This document shows positions 12,063-15,368 of a stretch of 15,368 nucleotides of DNA, in pieces (position 1 is the first letter of the stretch; each line of letters begins with the position of its first letter). The DNA comes from Pseudobacteriovorax sp. (lineage in GTDB: Bacteria > Bdellovibrionota_B > Oligoflexia > Oligoflexales > Oligoflexaceae): positions 1 to 15,368 of the forward strand of contig JBNKNM010000124.1 in NCBI GenBank assembly GCA_050293845.1. Direction: 5' to 3'. Below the pieces are notes generated by a model. That model searched no databases, was not told where the DNA came from, and saw only the letters and a program-made list of their open reading frames with translations. Made by a program: the position numbers and the translations under genes.

Positions 12063-15000
12063 ATGCTTAGCGTTAGTCGGGTAACTGTATCACAGGGTCT
12101 AGAGTACTATAAGCGCGATAACTACTATACGAAAGATGGCGCAATAGCTAATTCGGAGTGGTACGGTCAAGGGGCGGAAGAAGTCGGTTTTCATGGAAAA
12201 ATAAAAGAAAAGCCTTTTGATAAACTTCTTTTCGGTTCACTCCCAGATGGCACTAGTATTCGGATGAAAAAGGAAAGTGATGCCCAGAAGAAAGATCCCA
12301 AAAAGAAGAGGACTGAAGCCCTAAAAGAAAGGGCGGGAACGGATCTTACTTTTTCAGCGCCAAAAAGTATAAGTCTAAAAGCTTTTCTAGGAGAAGACAT
12401 TAGGCTTATCGAGGCCCACAAAGAAGCCGTAAGGGCTGCTCTTGATGTGGTCCAAAATCGTTATATAGCTACCCGCGTTGGAGGGCAGGTTGATCGTCGG
12501 CTTGAATATACAGAAAATATGATCGTTGCTCAGTTTCACCACGATACCTCAAGGGCCAAGGACCCTCAACTTCATACGCACAATATTCTTTTTAATGGCA
12601 CTAAGGCTGAAGCCGGGTGGCGTAGCGTCTATGATGACATCTTTAGAAATCGCTCAAAAGACATTGGCGTTATTTATCAGAATGAGCTTGCCCGCAGGGT
12701 GCTTGATCTTGGCTATGAGATTGTCCGCAATGAAAATGGTACATTTGAGTTAAAAGGTTATTCGAGAGATGACATTCTATATTTTTCTAAGAGACATAGT
12801 GAAATTATGGAGCAGGGAGCCGTTACTAAAAAGCAAGAGCGCCTTGCCGTTTTGAAAACTCGTGAGGCTAAGGAGTATGAGCTTGATCGGGGGCTACTAT
12901 GGAAAAGACATAGGATAGAAGGTGAAAAAATTGGCCTCAGACACCCGATTGCAAACTCAGGGAAGGCTCTAAGGCTTGAACCGAAGACACCGGCAGACTT
13001 TGTGGAACTTTCAATTTCTCACCTATCTCGAAAAAACGTCGCTTTTACCAAGGAGGAGATCGAAACAACTGCTCTGTCTTTTAGCCTTGGACTTTATGAT
13101 ACTAGCCAGATTCACCTGGCCGTTGAGGCTAAGATAGGCTCAAGGCTTATAAGGGCACAGAAAAAGACAATTGATCCAAGTCTTGATACTTTGAAGCATG
13201 AACTTGAGCGATTTAAAGAGAATGGTTATCAGGATGCCATTTATTCCAAATTGGCCGAGCTAAAGAATGCCTCTCTAAGGCCCGTTTATGATGAGCTTAA
13301 TATCCTTGCCCTACGCGAGCGTGATAATGGCTCCCTTGAGCCAATTAGAGCTTCTAGTGAGGGGATATTATCAAGCCGTCACCTTCTTCATTTAGCCAAA
13401 GTGGATAAAGAATCACTGTCTCGCTTTGGAATGGTCTCGCGCCTTCAGGCTGGGTATGAGTCCCAGAAGATTCGCGGCATTTCAGGAAACGGCATTAGTC
13501 TTAAAGAATTTTTCTACTCAATCAATGGCCTTAAAAGCCATGATAATTATTATGAATTTTTGAAAAAAGACTACCCCTCCCAAGCTGGTGAAATTTGGGT
13601 CATAGATAAGGTCGAAAAAATCCGTTCAAGCTATTTAAGACAAATACTTGAAAAAGCTGAGCGTGAGAAGGCTCGTGTTGTGTTTTTAGGGGGTGATGAA
13701 AGAATCGATGCCATTGCCCAGTTTAAGCCATTTGGGAATCTTGACGCCAAGCGTATGGAAGATATCGTAAAGACCGAGCATTCTAATTTTAATTTAAGGC
13801 TGACGCAGGAAGAATTTACAACCAAGTTTGCTCAAGAGACGGAAAGAAAAATTCTAGACTTTGTGGAACGGGGAAAGGGAAAATTCCAGCCCGTTGTCTC
13901 AGAAGATATGGCTAAGGATTTTGTTAATAAAAAAGCAGATAATCTTTCAGTAGCAAGTGGCTTTTCATTAACTGAAGGACAAAGGCAAGCCTTAGAGGTG
14001 ACCCTTTCAACTGAGGATCAGTTTCATAGGTGGCGAGGCGTTGCAGGAGCTGGTAAAACTACCTCAATGAATATACTCCGAGAACAGTTTGAGTTTAAGG
14101 GCTATAAGGTGCGAGGTTTTGCTCCCACCGGCGATGCCGCGCTCAACCTTTCTAAGGAAGCAAAAATTAAAGATTTTGGCACTGTGGCTTCTCTTATTAG
14201 GAGTAAATCCAATGAGGATCGATCTAAAGGAAATGAGCTTTGGATCATAGATGAAGCGGGGATGCTTTCAAACGAAGACAAGCTTCGCTTAGCAGAAAAA
14301 GCTAGCATTGAAAATGCCAGAGTCCTACTTGTGGGTGATGAGAGGCAAAATAGCTCGATCGGTGCCGGTAACCCTTTTTATTTATCGAAAAGAAGCAATA
14401 TAAATACAGCCCTATTAGAGCAGACCCTTCGGCCAAAGTCTCAGTATATGAAAGAGGTCTTTAATGATGCCATGCAGCTTAATGCCCAGGAAGCCATTAA
14501 GACAATTGATCGTCATGGAAAGCTCATAGAAATAAAAGACATTAATGCCAGGCTTGATCGTGTCGCTAAAGATTACGTGGAGAGCGGCCCTGACACACTA
14601 GTTATCTGTAAAACTAATTTAGAAAAGGGATCAATCACCCAAAAAATTCGCTATAAGCTCATAGAGGGCGGAAGCCTAGGAGATGAAAAAATCTCATTTG
14701 TTGGCCTCTCGCCGGTCGATAAGAGTGAAGATCAGCTTAAGTTTAGTTTTCATTATCAGCTTGGGCAGGTTCTTGTCCCTTTTGAAAACAGGGGTCGGCT
14801 TACTAAAGGGCTAAGGTATACCGTCAGTGAAATCAGAGAAAACTCACTTGTGGTAAGGTCCGAGTTTGGAAATGCAATTACGGTGAAGCCTGATGCTCTA
14901 AAGGTGCAACTTTTTAATCAGAATCAAATGGATTTAAGAGCTGGAGATAGGCTGAGGTGGACGAAAATTCATAATGACGATTATGGTGAAAAGAGAAACA

Positions 15001-15368
15001 CGGGAGCTGTTGTCACTGTTCTTGAAGTGGATGAAAACCGTGGCAGTATCCTAGTCGATGCTGGATCAGCTAAGCGCTATCATCTATCGAGTGATAGAAT
15101 GCAGTATTTTTCTTTCGGCTATGTGAGCACAGTTGACTCAGTTCAGGGCAAGACGACTTCAAAAGGGATCGTTTTGGCAGATTCTTTGTATGACAAAGAG
15201 TCTATCAATGTCGCAGCCACAAGGGCTAAAGAGGATCTAGTTGTTTACACCGAGGACAAAAGCTCCCTTTACCCGCAAATTGATCACCAAGGCCGAAATC
15301 TCACCTCTCATGAGGTGATCGAGGCATTTGACTACAAGCGTTCCACTGGAAATTTGAAAAATAAGGAC
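12063..15368 (+). CDS. traI: MOBF relaxase-helicase, TrwC/TraI family (3'-partial, at least 1102 codons)
   Basis: MLSVSRVTVSQGLEYYKRDNYY (two tyrosine pairs), DLTFSAPKSIS, HDTSRAKDPQLHTH (HUH), FSKR. RecD-like helicase motifs GVAGAGKT (14037), IIDEAGM, VGDERQ, QGKT and NVAATRA. The frame is open to the window end. Confidence 0.97.
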   Translation, partial: MLSVSRVTVSQGLEYYKRDNYYTKDGAIANSEWYGQGAEEVGFHGKIKEKPFDKLLFGSLPDGTSIRMKKESDAQKKDPKKKRTEALKERAGTDLTFSAPKSISLKAFLGEDIRLIEAHKEAVRAALDVVQNRYIATRVGGQVDRRLEYTENMIVAQFHHDTSRAKDPQLHTHNILFNGTKAEAGWRSVYDDIFRNRSKDIGVIYQNELARRVLDLGYEIVRNENGTFELKGYSRDDILYFSKRHSEIMEQGAVTKKQERLAVLKTREAKEYELDRGLLWKRHRIEGEKIGLRHPIANSGKALRLEPKTPADFVELSISHLSRKNVAFTKEEIETTALSFSLGLYDTSQIHLAVEAKIGSRLIRAQKKTIDPSLDTLKHELERFKENGYQDAIYSKLAELKNASLRPVYDELNILALRERDNGSLEPIRASSEGILSSRHLLHLAKVDKESLSRFGMVSRLQAGYESQKIRGISGNGISLKEFFYSINGLKSHDNYYEFLKKDYPSQAGEIWVIDKVEKIRSSYLRQILEKAEREKARVVFLGGDERIDAIAQFKPFGNLDAKRMEDIVKTEHSNFNLRLTQEEFTTKFAQETERKILDFVERGKGKFQPVVSEDMAKDFVNKKADNLSVASGFSLTEGQRQALEVTLSTEDQFHRWRGVAGAGKTTSMNILREQFEFKGYKVRGFAPTGDAALNLSKEAKIKDFGTVASLIRSKSNEDRSKGNELWIIDEAGMLSNEDKLRLAEKASIENARVLLVGDERQNSSIGAGNPFYLSKRSNINTALLEQTLRPKSQYMKEVFNDAMQLNAQEAIKTIDRHGKLIEIKDINARLDRVAKDYVESGPDTLVICKTNLEKGSITQKIRYKLIEGGSLGDEKISFVGLSPVDKSEDQLKFSFHYQLGQVLVPFENRGRLTKGLRYTVSEIRENSLVVRSEFGNAITVKPDALKVQLFNQNQMDLRAGDRLRWTKIHNDDYGEKRNTGAVVTVLEVDENRGSILVDAGSAKRYHLSSDRMQYFSFGYVSTVDSVQGKTTSKGIVLADSLYDKESINVAATRAKEDLVVYTEDKSSLYPQIDHQGRNLTSHEVIEAFDYKRSTGNLKNKD

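Noticed and set aside
10445..14308. Short ORFs inside the coupling protein and relaxase genes (10445, 10870, 11323, 11861, 12191, 12526, 13631, 14102)
   Set aside because: Out-of-frame or antisense shadows of motif-rich long CDSs.

Overview
AT-rich segment of a MOBF-type conjugative or mobilizable plasmid (or ICE). The right half is a trwA-trwB-trwC-like mobilisation operon: a small relaxosome accessory protein (9990-10307), a type IV coupling ATPase (10311-12056) and a MOBF relaxase-helicase (12063 to the window end; absent from the ORF track because it has no stop in the window). A structured oriT region with a candidate nic site at 9748/9749 precedes the operon. Everything to the left is the inferred leading region: a divergent two-gene DNA-binding operon with four palindromic boxes, a class II Fic gene, a 624-aa protein with a tandem DUF4942-like repeat preceded by a ~155-nt Frpo/ssi-like hairpin, small HTH and zinc-ribbon genes, a candidate toxin/HTH-antitoxin pair, two unannotated hydrophobic micropeptide genes, a 5'-truncated AcrIF11-like gene and a pseudogene with three internal stops. 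The most unusual signal is a 23-bp directional site, CTGCAA-N11-TTGCAG (6 perfect and 2 partial copies). It clusters at the left edge, closely brackets gene-sized modules in alternating orientation and coincides with a homology breakpoint, which suggests a cassette-type recombination system or a centromere/operator family. All family assignments come from recalled motifs, not database searches.
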